NCBI RefSeq assembly: GCF_004010195.1
Contig: NC_057718.1
Location: 87,478,606-87,542,605 of the forward strand
Length of the DNA: 64,000 nucleotides
DNA from: Chiloscyllium plagiosum
Lineage: Eukaryota
Direction of reading: 5' to 3'
Shown: positions 12,946-26,692 of the stretch, one piece after another
Layout: every line of letters begins with the position of its first letter
Position numbering within the stretch: position 1 is the stretch's first letter
Translations under genes and position numbers: made by a program
The notes under the pieces: generated by a model
What the model was told of the DNA's origin: nothing
The model's input: only the letters and a program-made list of their open reading frames with translations
Databases searched by the model: none

Positions 12946-13156
12946 CAGTAAAGCCTCTCTATCTGCAAAAATCATGAATTCCGAATTCGCCTATCCATGC
13001 TAACAAAAAAAGGTAGTGACAAAATTCAGCATCCGCAGGTAAAACTCGCACATCTGCGATTTTTAACCTACTTTTAACTGAGGTCAGCACTCTCAGATTT
13101 CATCATTCCTGGGGGTTCTCACAAATGGAACCCTTCTGCATATGGAGGAATGACTG
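12946..13156 (+). mobile_element. Short pogo/Tigger-like MITE
   Basis: cagtaaagcctctctatctgc ... gcatatggaggaatgactg|ta; colinear with 54-368. Confidence 0.65.
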
Positions 13157-14629
13157 TACTACCCACAAAGCTGGCAGTGTTCTTCCTTTACAGTCACCCC
13201 ATTTGACCTCTTTCACTGCCTGTAAATTGTCAGGCTGCTTATTCAGTCTAATGCTGATGCATAGAAATTTCCTCTAACATGATTATTGAAACGTCATTGT
13301 TTTCAGTCCCTACCACAAACTTTGTCTAGCCAGCAACTCCATTCCTCTCTCTGGCATTTCCTAAGGATGAATCTAAGAACGACTGACTGCATTTGCACTA
13401 TTTTAAGTTTGCTTATATCTATTACAGTAATCCAATTCCACCCTGCCTTGAGTTATGTGGCGCTGAAACCCTCCTCTGTGTATTTGGTACTTCTACACTT
13501 TCAATTATCCCAACACCCCTTTGGCTGACCAGCTATATTCTACTTCTCATAATCTTGAACTCATCCAAAACTCTGCCCATGTTCTAAGTCGCACCAAGCC
13601 TTTTATACAAATTGCCCTGTTTTTGCAAATTGACATTGGACTCTGACTAAGCAGTCTTGAATTTAAAATTTTTCAACCTTTGTATGTAAACCCATCCCTG
13701 ACTTTATCCTTCCTCTCTTTATTCTCTCGCACACCTCCGATACCCCTCTGGGGTTCTGATTCGCGTCTCCTTATCAGTTCCATTGCTGTACTTTATATTG
13801 GTTTATTTCTCTTTATGATATAGGGTCATTTCCCTGATCAATCTTAAGCAAATCACCAAGTTTCATCTAGCTCATTTCTCATTGCACGTAATGAACAAGG
13901 AGAGTCTAATTTTATATTACAGCTATGTTTACTTAACTGCAGTGGCCTCCTGGTGTGGCTTATGCACAGGCCTTCAGTTTTCCTTTTTGTTTCATTTTTT
14001 TTGTATTCTCAATACTCTGGTTAAATGTTACCAGTTGTTTCATCTAGGATTAGCTATCTCTTCTGTGACATATTTAGTGATTGTCCAGCTTAGTCTGTTC
14101 TCCTGTAGAAAAGTAGTCATCTTAACCTTACAGGAATCCAATTTTATTTATCAGACAAGAGATCTGATAAACTATGCTGGACTAACTTTACCAGTTGGGC
14201 ATTACACACCTATAGGCATTACTTTGGAGTTGTGACAAGTAGGTAGAAACGAATGATGTAGGAAATTAGGTTGGGAAAAAGTAGGTCAATTCAGATCAAA
14301 ATATTGAAGTTGAAATGCTGAATAATGTTGTTAAATACCAAATTCAGAAGCACCTGAACTCATGTATGCATGTATTCATTTCCCATGTTATCATGTTGTT
14401 GAAGGGTATGGGTGGGCTTGTGCTATGGACTTGACTGAAATTTATTATGTATTTGTAGTATCTGGCAAGATAGTTAATTTGAACATATTTTTGACAATGT
14501 ATGAACAAGACAACATTTATATCTGAAACGACATTTATTTCAAGAGGACAAACAACAGATGACTATAGATGCAAGAACAGAAAGTATTGATTATATTTAC
14601 ATGAAACGACATCTGTATAGGGAGGAAAC

Positions 14630-15412
14630 GAGTCATGAGTGTGGCGCTGGAAAAGCACAGCAGGTCAGGCAGCATTTGAGCAGGAGAATCGGCATTTGCA
14701 GACTGGGAGGGGGAGTTGCAGGGCGGTGGGGTTGGTTGGTGCAGGTGTCCTGGAGATGTTCTCTGAAGCTCTCTGCGAGTAGGCGTCCTGCCTCTCTAAT
14801 GTAGAGGAGACCGCATCAGCAGCAACAGATACTGTAAGTGATATGTGGAAGTGCGGTTAAAACTTTGGATGTGGAAGGTTCCTTTGGGGTCTTGGACGGA
14901 GGTGAGGGGGGAGGTGAGACTGCCAAGGACGTGCAAGTTCTGGGCCACCTCCATCGCCAGACTCTAACCACCCAACGCCTGGAGGAAGAACACCTCATCT
15001 TCCGCCTCAGGACCCTCCAACCCCACGGCATTGATGTGGATTTCACCAGTGTTTTCATTTTCCCCTCCCCCCACCTTTCCCAGTTCCAACCTTCCAATTC
15101 TACATCGCCTTCATGACCTGTCCTCCCTGTCCATCTTTCTTCCCACCTATCTGCTCCACTCTCCTCGCCGACCTATCACCATTACCCCTACGTCCATCTA
15201 CCTATTGCACTCTCAGCTACCTTCCCCCTCAGCCCCAGCCCCACCCCCATCCCATTTATCTCACCGCTCCCTTGGCTCACAGCCTCATCCCTGATGAAGA
15301 GCTTTTACCCAAAATGTCGATACTCGTACTCAGATGCTGCTTGACCTGCTGTGCTTTTCCTGCACCCCACACTCGACTCTAATCTCCAGCATCTGCAGTC
15401 CTCGCTTTCGTC
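14630..15412. mobile_element. Penelope-like element remnant with internal inversion, inverted termini and 12-bp TSD
   Basis: TSD tagggaggaaac (14618-14629 and 15413-15424). GIY-YIG C-terminal peptide RLEEEHLIFRLRTLQPHGIDVDF on +, upstream GIY-YIG piece on -. Decayed hammerhead motif at 15291. Confidence 0.85.
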
Positions 15413-18400
15413 TAGGGAGGAAACAACCCTATTCTTCCTTTTCTATTCAAATGCTGTCTCACCTTTGAATGTTTCTACATCTTCTATTTAGGTTGTGAAT
15501 TGTCAGCCAATCAGTGTTAATTTACTGAAGTACAAAAGCATTGGGTTTGAAAGTAGCTTCAAAATAAAAGTATAAATTCAATGGGGAAAACCAATGCTTT
15601 ATACTACGAGTGTATAGATATCAGTTTTCTCTTTAATTTGTGTTCCTGCGAATGCCCTGTTTGCAAAATGAAAAGCTTTGATTAATGTATCTTTTTTCAA
15701 GTTCTCTATTATCAAATATCTATAAAAATATATTCAAATGAATACGAGTTTCCATACTTTGATATAATTCTTTGGTATAACTGCAAGACAGTTGTGTCGT
15801 GTGACAGTGGTGAACTCATAATTCTGACACCATTAAGCTTCATGCTTAGTTTAAGATTTTTGAGTCACTAATCATTCTCTCTATATCTCTATGTGCATTA
15901 TGAAGAGAAGAGACTACAACATTTGCAGCTTTTATATCACAGGAAAGAATTACCAAACCTGTAGGATTGTGGTTTTTATAAATTGAGAGGCCATTCTTGT
16001 GTCATCAAAATCCAAAACATTGGCTATCCGTCCAACATACTGATAAGATAGAAGTCTGTCCAGTTATACAATAACTATACAAATTAAGTGAGACATGACT
16101 GGGCAAATTTTTAGGTAAATTTCCATCAGAATTATAAGGGTAGAACGTAGGGAGAAGAATTACAAAATGTTTTGGTTTTAAGTTCAGATGGTTGGGGCAA
16201 GAGCAAACAATCGTGCCTTTGACGTGGGTATGCATGAACATAACTCGTTCAAAATACTATATTGTCTCTATTTGGGGAAATGTACAAATCCATTACTTCA
16301 TATACTATCATGAAGATGTATTTTCCTCTCTGAATGAAATATTATCGGTGTGATTTCTAAAACATTGGAGAACCTCACTTGATATACATTGGAAATGCAC
16401 AAATATCCAGCTCAGATCACAAGGAAATCTTTCGTTTAACACCAAGTTAACTTATTGTGCAACTAGATATTGAGCAGTGCAGCTGTAGCATGGCATCAGA
16501 GATCAGCACTGTTGTATCCTAATCAGTACTGAAATTTAGCCTTCCCACTTACTCATGAAATTTGGTGTTGTGTCATATGACTACTGTAGAATGATAACTG
16601 ATTAATGGACTGACATTAATTACTTGTATTAACTAGCAACTTCAAAGCTTTAATGCTCTGACAGCAAAGAAAATACAAGGTTCTTAAGGAAGGGTTGTTG
16701 CTAACTCTGAAGTGGAAAATGATGCTCAAGTAGCACTGAAAGACAAATACGTTGTTTTTCTTTTCAAACTGTTTTGACTGTTCTGTCCTCAGTATTTTTT
16801 TAAAAAAAAAGCAGATCAAAATGCCAACCTTCAGAGAATGAAAGTTAGTGACATTAAAGTTCAAACTTAAAAGTTCACAAATAGGCTTTTGGAACTTACA
16901 TTAATTTTGCACCAATCTGCAATCTGAGGTAAGATCGCCAAAAGGGCAAAGTCACATTTTGATCCAAGAGTTAGATTGTCAACATAACTCCCTAGATTTG
17001 TAATGGTTGATATTGAAAATATCACTATCTGAAGAAAACGTTATGGTATCTTTGCAAAGGGACTCAGGTAACTATGCAGTGGATATACTGGTAATTCCTT
17101 TTTCACCACTGCATAGGGTTTCATGAAAGAAAAATCTGCAGTATTTATAACTGAAGTGTAAACTTATTTTACATGTTTAGGCAGTGGCTCATCATTTAAA
17201 GTTATAGCACTGACCTCCATTCTTCACTCTCTGCCAATGACAGAGCTTGCATTTAGGTCAAAGACCAGAGACCAACGCTTTAATCTCCTGCTTGAAGGAA
17301 CAAAGCAGCTTAAAAAAAATATTTGGAGTATGACTTCTCTATGCACACATTTTTTTAGTAAGGCTCTGCTGAAAAACTTGATAATGGGATTAAGGTTTTA
17401 AATCTATCTTTGATCATCATGCATGTTCTCTTTATTTTAATTTTCTATCACCAATGGATTCTTCTGCAAAATCTCTGGTAATTTTCCGATTTAATATCAG
17501 GTTGAGTCTCACCTAAATTATTGCTCGGCTGCATTGTAACACCATATACTAAAACACCTATGAAATGAAATATCTTGATTTTCCCTTCTACAGTGTGTAA
17601 CTGGAAGCATACCACACATTTGCAGCTTTTTAAATATACAGTCAGATCTCCCTAATCCATGTTTAACTAGGGAGACCACAAACAATTTAATAATACAAGT
17701 CCACACCGTTATTTCTTCCATTGTTAACTTGCACAGTTATACTTCTCAATCTGAATTGATGGGGATCAATAGCCATAAACTTCAGGATGCTGAAAATCAT
17801 CCAGCTAGGAAGGTGGTAATATTGAGACAGGAGAAATAGTGGCAATATGATATACCAGAACCACCACAGTTCAGATGCCTTTGATGTGGGTATGAATGCT
17901 CATAACTCTTTCTAAATATTGTGTCTATTTGTGAAAAGATTTGTATTGTTTGCTTCCAATATGAAAGCTACTGTTGTCATTGTCATTGTCATAGTCAATG
18001 AACAGTCCCAGCATGCATGAATGAAGCACCTGCGAGCATAAAGCAGTTAGAACAAGTGATGTTGGGCATCTGCTTGCAATTGGAAAAATACTACAGCTTT
18101 GAGAGGCTATTTTGGCACAGTTCCTACACTCTATTACTCTGTCATCTTTCAGAGTAGAAATAGAGACCGCCAATATTTAATAATTAACATCTTATTGATG
18201 CAATTCTACACACCAAAGGGAATTGATACACGTTTATATTTCCTCGAACTGAGTTTAATGCATCGCATGCAGTCCTTTTGCTTGACTTGGACAAAGTTTG
18301 AAAAAGAAATTTGTACAGTGACTAAAGTTATGAAAATATATGTAATGTCTTCAAATTTAAGTGAAATAGATCCAAGAAAATCAAGTGAAGAAATGAGGGT

Positions 18401-18663
18401 GAGAAGCAAAATTTCTGTTAGTCCAACTTCAGCAGCCTTTCATGACTAAATTTATATCTCACTGGTCCTTGCTTGGTGCCATCAAGTTTTCCCAGTACAT
18501 GTGGATTAGCTGATCTGACTATTAACTTTCTATATCAACAAATCAACTAAATGGAAACAAATTCTATATCATTAATTATGTCCACAGATAGTCTCTGCAC
18601 TATCTGATTTGTGCTTTGGTCTGTTTTTAATGAAATCTTTTACTTCTCGTGTTTTAACAATAG

Positions 18664-18903
18664 ATGTGAAAGACAACTCTTTCAGCCGTTCCCGGAGTTC
18701 AAGTGTTACCAGCATCGACAAGGAGTCCCGAGAGGCAATCACAGCTCTTCACTTCTGCGAGACGTACACCCGAAAGGCAGACACATGTACATCCCCATGT
18801 TTATGGGTTGGGACTACACTTGGCACTGTACTGGTCATAGTACTGAATCTGCCACCTGGAGGAGATCAGAGACTTACTCAGCCGGTCATAGTGTCTCCCA
18901 GTG
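18664..18903 (+). CDS. STXBP5: Tomosyn-1 exon (240 nt): DVKDNSFSRSRSSSVTSIDKESREAITALHFCETY...QPVIVSPS(G)
   Basis: aacaatag| acceptor, AGTG|gtaaga donor, phase 1-1. Inside ORF 18609..18968. Near identical to recalled human STXBP5 rather than STXBP5L. Confidence 0.97.
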
Positions 18904-20169
18904 GTAAGAGCATTTGTGCAGTCGCCGTCTTCCTTCATGTATTAGGCCCTGTCACACAAAAGAATTGAAGAGCCTAATGCTCTGAAGTCTTGTCTCGGGA
19001 CATTTTAATGTGTTAAATACTTTGGGCTGCATATTTATTTGGCTAAGCATGAGCTGCACAAATTTTTTCTGAAGGGATTTTCAGCATGAGGCCCAACAGG
19101 ATTTCTTGCCATACATTACCAAGCATGTCTTATTAATTGCCAACACCACTCCATGAGGTCCCTCAGGTCCATTTCTATTCCCATCTTAGCCTGCACCATT
19201 CCCAGATGAACTTGCCATTGAACAGATATTTGCCAAAAGACCAGCGTCCTTGGCCCACGTCATCTTTGAAAACAGTTGTGCAGCCAGAGAAGCACTTTCA
19301 GACTGGAGCTGCCATGCATTTCCTGACTTTTGCCCTGGACATGGCTTTATGTTCAGGGTCCTGAAGATCCTTTTGGATGGGGTGCTACAGACAGACTCTT
19401 TGCTCCATAATTAACAATGGAGGACACATCCCAAAACCATGCCAGCCTGATACAAGGTTACCACCCCAAATGAGAGTGGTCTCAGCTATTTGAAGGAATG
19501 CCCAACAGTGTAGGAAGGACAATCTCCAGTACGATTGCCACCATTTTCTCTCCAATACCCCTCTCGCATTATCTCTGTTACTTCACTCACCTTCCACCAA
19601 GGTGCTCTCATTTATGGCTGCAACATCTTTCTCACGTGCTCTGACTGATCTCAACCCTGACTCCACAAACCCTGCTTTGTCACTGACTCACTCACTCAGG
19701 ATATCTCCCCACCTGTAACAAAAGTAACAGCTGTACCACCTGTTTTCATCTCCCAGAGTACTTGCCTCTGTTTCTTATTCCATGAGGATAATAACCTCCA
19801 GTAAGACAGAACGAGTCAAAACGAATGATGGGTTACCTGTCATTCCATTCCGCACACCTTAAGTGCAGAGCATCCTGACACTGACTGCCCAGCTAGATGA
19901 CTAACTGTGTCCAAGTCGCTAGGCTGTTATCAGATGCTAGCTTTGACTTACTGATTCCGGAACCCCCGATCAAAGGCTATCTCCCTCAACTGAGCACTGC
20001 TGACAAGCTTCCGAGTTTTGTGTTTGTGCTAATTAGCATAGCAAGACAAAAGTAATATTGTAATTTTAAAAGTAAACACAATTTTGGCTGGGGGCATAGC
20101 ACAAAAAAGAAAAGTAATGCATGGCAGGGATGCTGTCAGCATCCACGTAGGATCAAAGTAAATAAGTGG

Positions 20170-20780
20170 AGGTTGACTGACGAGGTGCCACTGTTTAAGA
20201 AGGGTGATAACGACAAGCCAGGGAACTATAGACCAGTAAGTCAGACGTCGGTGGTGGCCACGTTGGAGGGAATCCTGAGGGACTGGATGTACATGTATTT
20301 GGAAAGGCATGGACTTATTAGGGATAGTCAACATGGCTTTGTGCGTGGGAAATCATGTCTCACAGACTTGATTGAGTTTTTTGAAGTAGTAACAAAGAGG
20401 ATTGATGAGGGCAGAGCGGTAGATGCGATCTATATGGACTTCAATAAGACGTTCGACAAGGTTCCCCATGGGAGACTGGCTAGCCAGGTTAGATCTCACG
20501 GATTTAGGGTGAGGGGAAAGATACAAAAGAGACCTAAGGGGCAACTTTTTCACGCAGAGGGTGGTACATGTATGGAATGAGCTGCCAGAGGAAGTGATGG
20601 AGGCTGGTACAATTGCAACATTTAAAAGGCATTTGGATAGGTATATGAATAGGAAGGGTTTGGAGGGATATGAGCTGGGTGCTGGCAGGTGGGACTGGAT
20701 TGGGTTGGAATATCTGGTCGGCATGGACGGGTTGGACCGAAGGGTCTGATTCCATGCTGCACATTTCTATGACTCTATAA
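20170..20780 (+). mobile_element. CR1 LINE fragment with a large internal deletion
   Basis: ORF 20173..20580 has PGNYRPVSQTS, SQHGFVRGKSCLT, IYMDFNKTFDKVPH and jumps at 20502/20503 to the 3' tail (compare 58665-60093). Confidence 0.92.
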
Positions 20781-21232
20781 CTGCTATAACAGCACATGAA
20801 GAGCCTGGAGATACAGCCTAGTCTACCCCAGGAGCTAGGTGCATGTCCCAAGCGCAGTGTTATTGCTGCAACATTGTAATGATAATTGCCACTGCACCCA
20901 GAGGTGCAGCAATGAAGTGAATAAGGGTCCTGTATGTGGTTTGGATTTGTTCTTTGAGGGTTCTTGGAAGCTGGCACATATTGAATGCCAAAATCTCTAA
21001 ATGTGAGGTGCATGGCCTGTGCCCATGTAGCTTCCCCTGAGATGTTGGTGTCCAACATGGAGGCCCTTCAGTGCAAACAGTGAGCTGAAGTCACCCAGGT
21101 ACGTGTTCTGACTTCCATGTCAGGAATCCTCAACATCTAGTTTATTCATGCATTTGTTTTGATAGGAAGCTGAAAATTATTGAGACAAGTTGTGCTATTG
21201 CAAAGGCATTTAATAAGCTAAAATCCCCTTTA

Positions 21233-21962
21233 CAGAGGAACCTCGATTATCCGAATACCAATTATCCAAAAATCGGATTGTCAGAAGGAAATCTTGAGGT
21301 CCCGACAGAAACATTACCTCAAAGACGTGTCCAACACTGATCGCGTCTTTTGTTTACAGTGGTAAAAAGTGCTGCCGAGAACAGTACTGGACTGATGGGA
21401 GTGCAGGCACTGTCTCTAAATGACTGACCTCCCACTCCCTCTCCCTCTCCCTGTCTCTCCCTACACTTTCCCTGGAGTTCTACACAGGTGTGTACCCTAA
21501 ACCCCCCCCCCCACCACACACACAGATAATCTCTCTTAATGTTGTCCTGTACTGGGCAAAAGTAGAACCTGTTTAAAAGTTGCGATAGAAAGGTGTGTGA
21601 GAGAGAGATATGCACGTGCTATTTAGAGACTCACCCCAAAAAGGCAGTAGCAGCAGCAGCCATCTTGTTGGCTGCCCCTGAGAGGGGGCGAGGGTGGGAG
21701 CGAACGGGGGTCAAGTGGGAGGAGACGGGGGAGGGGGCAGGCAGGGGTAGGTGTTGGATGGGGTTTGGGGGGGTGGAGTGCTGTGTTGGAGAAGGGCGAG
21801 GGCTCACGTGCATTGTGTTGCTGCTAGTCTCCTGAACGGGAAGCAGACTTAATAGAAAACTCCAAGCCTCAGAGTAAAGGCATTGAATCAATTATCGAAT
21901 AATCAATTATCCAAACGAAATAGTGGCCCATCCTTCTCGTTCGGATAATCGAGGTTCCTCTG
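21233..21962 (+). mobile_element. 730-bp pogo/Tigger-like MITE
   Basis: Perfect 23-bp TIR CAGAGGAACCTCGATTATCCGAA, TA target duplication on both sides, subterminal ATTATCC repeats, no transposase. Strand is arbitrary. Confidence 0.92.
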
Positions 21963-22785
21963 TAATTGGCAACTCGTCACTGCCTAATGAGAAAATTGCC
22001 TTGCCACTCAGCAAATGCATAAAATATGTTGAGAGATGCTCCTGAGGTCAAGATCAGACTATCTGAGCTTCTCATTTGATTCTGCCACAAATATCACCAA
22101 ACTCTAGCTCAGGTCCCTCTAAGATTCTGCTCTTTTTGACAATACATGTTATGAAAATGACGTAAAGTAAAATGGGAAGGGTGGGTGGGGTGGCAACTTG
22201 TGTGGTGCATAAAAACTGGCATATAGCTATGATGTTGAATGACCTATTTAAAGGAAATATTGATTTTTTTTTTAAATGGCTGTGTACAACACTGAGTTTA
22301 AAGGGAAATTTGATAACCAGAACAGTTCATGGTACGTCAGTGTGGTCTGTTTGATGTTTTGTATAACTGTAGCATGTCTTTTTTTTTTAGTTCTCTGGGT
22401 CTAAAGGCCAGCAAGGCATTAGCTGTATTTTTTGTACTGGTTCACAACATTGTAGTGATCTATCTTTGAGACTCCAAGACTCTTTGGATCTTCACTGTTT
22501 CTAGCTTTTCATCATTTTGCGAGTTCCATGTTCTATGTTTTGTCGGTCCAAAGTGTATAACCTCCATTGACATTCAATTGCGAAAGTCCTATCCCATCAC
22601 TCCAATGTATCAATTGCTATCTGCACTACTAAAGATGCCAACTATCTTTATGCCACCAACAAATTTGAGTATAAATCACTAATGAATATAATGAATTGTT
22701 TCAGCCCCATCAGAAAAGCTTCCAATTGAGTTAAATGTTTTATCTCCTGCCACTTAATTGTCCTTTATTGTTTTCCATTCTACAG

Positions 22786-23155
22786 GAACTATATTGAGAC
22801 TAAAAGGTGCAATTTTGAGAGTAGCGTTTCTGGACACCACTGGAAGCCTCATCAATCCAGCACATGAACCCTGGAGAGAACCAAATGTGCAAGAAGAGAA
22901 GGATGACAAGGATAAATGTAGAAAACTGAGGCCAGTATCTGTGTCTCCCTCATCCTCTCAGGAGATAAATGAAACCCAGTACGCAGTGATATGTTCAGAA
23001 AAACAGGCAAAAGTTATCTCATTGCCATCCCAAAACTGTATTTATAAACACAACATAACTGAAACATCATTTGTTCTTCGTGCTGATATTGTGGGATTGA
23101 ATGGGAGCATCTGTCTTGCATGCTTCTGTGCCAATGGACATATCATGACATTCAG
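22786..23155 (+). CDS. STXBP5: Tomosyn-1 exon (370 nt): GTILRLKGAILRVAFLD...CFCANGHIMTF(S)
   Basis: ttttccattctacag| acceptor, TTCAG|gtaatt donor, phase 1-2. Inside ORF 22758..23159 (Lgl/tomosyn C-terminal propeller region). Confidence 0.97.
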
Positions 23156-24669
23156 GTAATTCACATTGTACTTAATCGTGAATGAACTGGTTGTATCAGG
23201 ATACATAGAGTCAACAATGCACAAACTAAAATTTGTTAAGGACTTAAGAATATTGAAAATTTGTATTCAAATGAAATTTTGTTGGAAATAATTGGCTGCT
23301 GTTTCTGACTTAGGTAAAGTATAAGTTTTCAGCATCTTCCAGCTTGGCCAAGTTCTTGTGCTTTCTAGTCAGCAGCTTATGGCTTAAAGCACACAATCAG
23401 TGATTTGTTCTGGAGATGTGATCTTTTGGATGAAGAGTTGAACTGTGGCCTTGTGTGCTTGTTGATCAACAAATACTGCCAACACATATTTGTATGTTTA
23501 TATCATTGGTGACTTGTTTGCCACTTGCTTGATGAGTGCAATTCCAAGAACCTAAAAGTTTAAACACGAGACATAACTAAGCAGCCCATTTGATCAGTAT
23601 TTGATTTGTCATTTCCTCCACCACTGGTGCACAGTGACCTAAGTGTGTATCACTTATGAGATGCACTGCAGCTCTCCAAACCTGCAATCTCTACTCCATA
23701 AAAAGACAAGGATGTGGGAACACAACCACCTTTAGAATTACTCTCCAAATCCAATACCATCCTGACTTGGAACTATACCTATGTTCTTTCACTATTGCTA
23801 AGACTTCCTACTTAACAACACTGTATAAATTTACCTACAACAGGTGGACTCAGTTCAAAAATGTAACTAACCACCACTGTGTTAATGGCAATTGGGAATG
23901 GGCATCAAATGCTGGCATTTTCAGCAATGTGTAGGTTCTACTAACTTTTTTAAATTGCTGTTTGTGTGACTTTGCACAAATGGTTGTCTGGTTTCCTTGA
24001 AAGCAAATGTGGTCCAAAAGTGCTATATTCCTGAAGCACTTTAAGACATCGTGAGGACTAAACAGTGTGTTCGAAATATGGAGCATTTTTCCCTCTATGC
24101 ACATGCAGTCAGGTCCAGTGTCACAGGAGTTTAATCAGAACACATTCATATTCCACACTTAATATTTATGGAAGAGAGCCTTTCTGGAGATTATAGCATG
24201 GAATAAGTACTGTTGTTCTGTGAAGCCTGTGTTCGTGCTAAATCTTTAGCTGCAGATCTGCTGTACATTATAGATTAAATGCCATAACACCCTAAGGCTT
24301 TCTGCCCAATTCACTTAGCAACATCACCAGAAATCTATTGACATTTTATGAAGTACAATCATCTAGACGTACTTTATAGTAAGATTCCTCAAGGAAATTC
24401 CTTTATATGTGAATTTAATTTGTATCTCTCTTCAGAAACACAGCTGTGGTTACGATATACCAGATTAAAGGGAGCCAAGGATGTGGTGTTGGATTGGTTA
24501 CAAGGGAATGATTTGAAATACCGCTGCAGAAAGTAAATGTGGGATTTGGAAATACTGATGATCAATATAACTTAGTTTGCTGTGTAGTTTGATTGTATTG
24601 GGATGGTCTAGGAACAGTAGATAGATTCTGGAATTTGTACTCAGCCTGATTGTTGGTAATGAGATGATT

Positions 24670-25132
24670 TTAGAATACTGGAAAAATTTAGCAGATCTGG
24701 CAGCAACTGTGGAGAGAGAAACAGTTTACGTTTTGAGTCTGGTATGACTTCAGACTGCAAGGTATTAGAAAATAGGTTCGTTCTTATGCTTTTGACAGAG
24801 AAGCAAGAGGCAGATGGTGTCAACACAATGTAAAAGACAGAGGTTATTAATTGTGGAGAAAGAAAATTAGATGTAAAATGGGTGTAAATTAAGAAGTGGA
24901 AGGGAGACAATTGGCCTACTCTACTAAGTACAAAGTGAACAGTCTTGCTGATCCTCTGTCAAAAGAATATTTACAAAAAAACTATTTTCCGACATGTTTC
25001 AGTTCTGAAGAAGTCATACTGATTTTAAACATTAACTCTGCTTCTCTCTACAAACGTTTCCAGACCTGCTGAATTTCTTCAGCATTCACTGTTTGTTTCA
25101 GACTTTCAGCATCTACAGTATTTTACTTTTAT
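24670..25132. mobile_element. Fold-back Penelope-type terminal-repeat element (decayed hammerhead at about 25005)
   Basis: Left arm ctggaaaaatttagcagatctggcagc...gagtctggtatgactt is the inverted counterpart of the right arm aagtcatactgatt...ccagacctgctgaatttcttcagc. Confidence 0.65.
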
Positions 25133-26504
25133 CTGGATGATATTGAAAGTCTGGAGGACTAAGGGAGTCCTGGGGTGTGTCAGAACTAGTGACCTTTGGC
25201 ATATCCTGAGGGTGCAACAGGTGCTTTGCTGTTTAGCACAACATAATGGTTCTGATAGTATTATTGGAAAGTTAGTTTTTCCATGGAATACATTTTATAT
25301 AAAAAGCAAAAATGCTGGATGTATTCAGAGGCCAGGCTATGCCTATGGACAGAGGGCATAATTAATAATTCTTGTTGATGAACTTCCATCAGTTCATTGC
25401 TAAATTGAAAAGCTCTTTCAAATAAGCAGCAAAAGCATGAAAGAGGTTTTATGCTCAAATGATTCTAAAGTTTGTCCTGATTAGATTTGCATGATGGTCA
25501 TGATCTTCATTGCAGTTTAAAAATTAAGTCTCTCTGTAGACTGTTGAAATAATGTCACAAAGTGTGGTGCTGGAAAAGCACAGCTGGTCGGGCAGCATCT
25601 GAGGAGTAGGAGAGTCAACATGTCGAGCATAAGCTCTTTATCATTGAAATAATGTGGTAGCTTGAATAACCAGCTTTGTTGTAATGAGGGGTGTTGCACT
25701 GAGCACAATTCTTTTATGATAAGTACTCCATTACCGCTATTTTTATTCAATGCCTTGAGCATCATGCTTGAAATTGTGTAATTTAAATGATTGTCACTGT
25801 AACATCAATTGAAGCCTGATGATTGACAAAGGCCATACTGGGAAATAAAGTCCTTTTTTTTAAGAATGGTTAATCATATATGGCTGTTTATTTTATCATT
25901 GGTGCATCCTGGGTATCTTAAGTCCGGAACGTATCACCAGGTACAGATATTATTGAATTCATGATTCGGAGTTGGACTGAGGTGTACAAAGTTAAAAATC
26001 ACACAACACCAGGTTATAGTCCAACAGGTTTAATTGGAAGCACACTAGCTTTCGGAGCGACCTCCATCAGGTGATTGTGGAGGGCTCGATCGTAACACAG
26101 AATTTATAGCAAAAATTTGCAGTGTGATGTAACTGAAATTATACATTAAAGAATTGATTGTCTGTTAAGCCTTTCATCTGTTAGAATACAGTGATAGTTT
26201 CACTTCTTTCATGTGTAAATCACACAACACTTTTTTTTAAAGTTGCATTCTTGGGTTAGCTGTTAACAATGGTGATAGCTAGACAATATGTTGAAGGTGT
26301 TAGCCCCCTGTGTTCTCTGTCTATAACCTGATGTTTAGATTGACTCCAATCTAAAAAGTGAGATAACAGAGTTTTACATAAATTCATGCAGTTTTTGAGC
26401 TCAGAGTTCTACATGCATGGATGTAGTATTTGAGCAAAGTGCAATGTAACTCTGCAAGTACAAAAAAATTCACCACACAAAATATGTGTGCGCATGTGGG
26501 TCTT

Positions 26505-26692
26505 TGTCTGTGTGTGTGTGTGTGTGTCTGTCTGTCTGGGGTGAGGGTTGTGAGTGTGAGAAAGTGTGTGTTTGTGTGTAGTGAGTGCAGAGTGTCTTAA
26601 GTCTGTGAGGGGGTGCATGTGGGAGTGTGTGTGTCTATAAGGATGTGTGTGGGTGTCTGTGTGTACATGTGTGTGTGGGTGTGCGCGCGCGT
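26505..26692 (+). repeat. Imperfect (TG)n-rich tract within the Penelope-like element
   Basis: Runs of tgtgtg interspersed with substitutions. Confidence 0.85.

Noticed and set aside
19020..22120. Possible old PIF/Harbinger-like element hosting the CR1 and MITE (similar-looking DNA at ~7955-8670)
   Set aside because: Composition looks repeat-like, but I could not identify convincing TIRs, a TSD or coding motifs.
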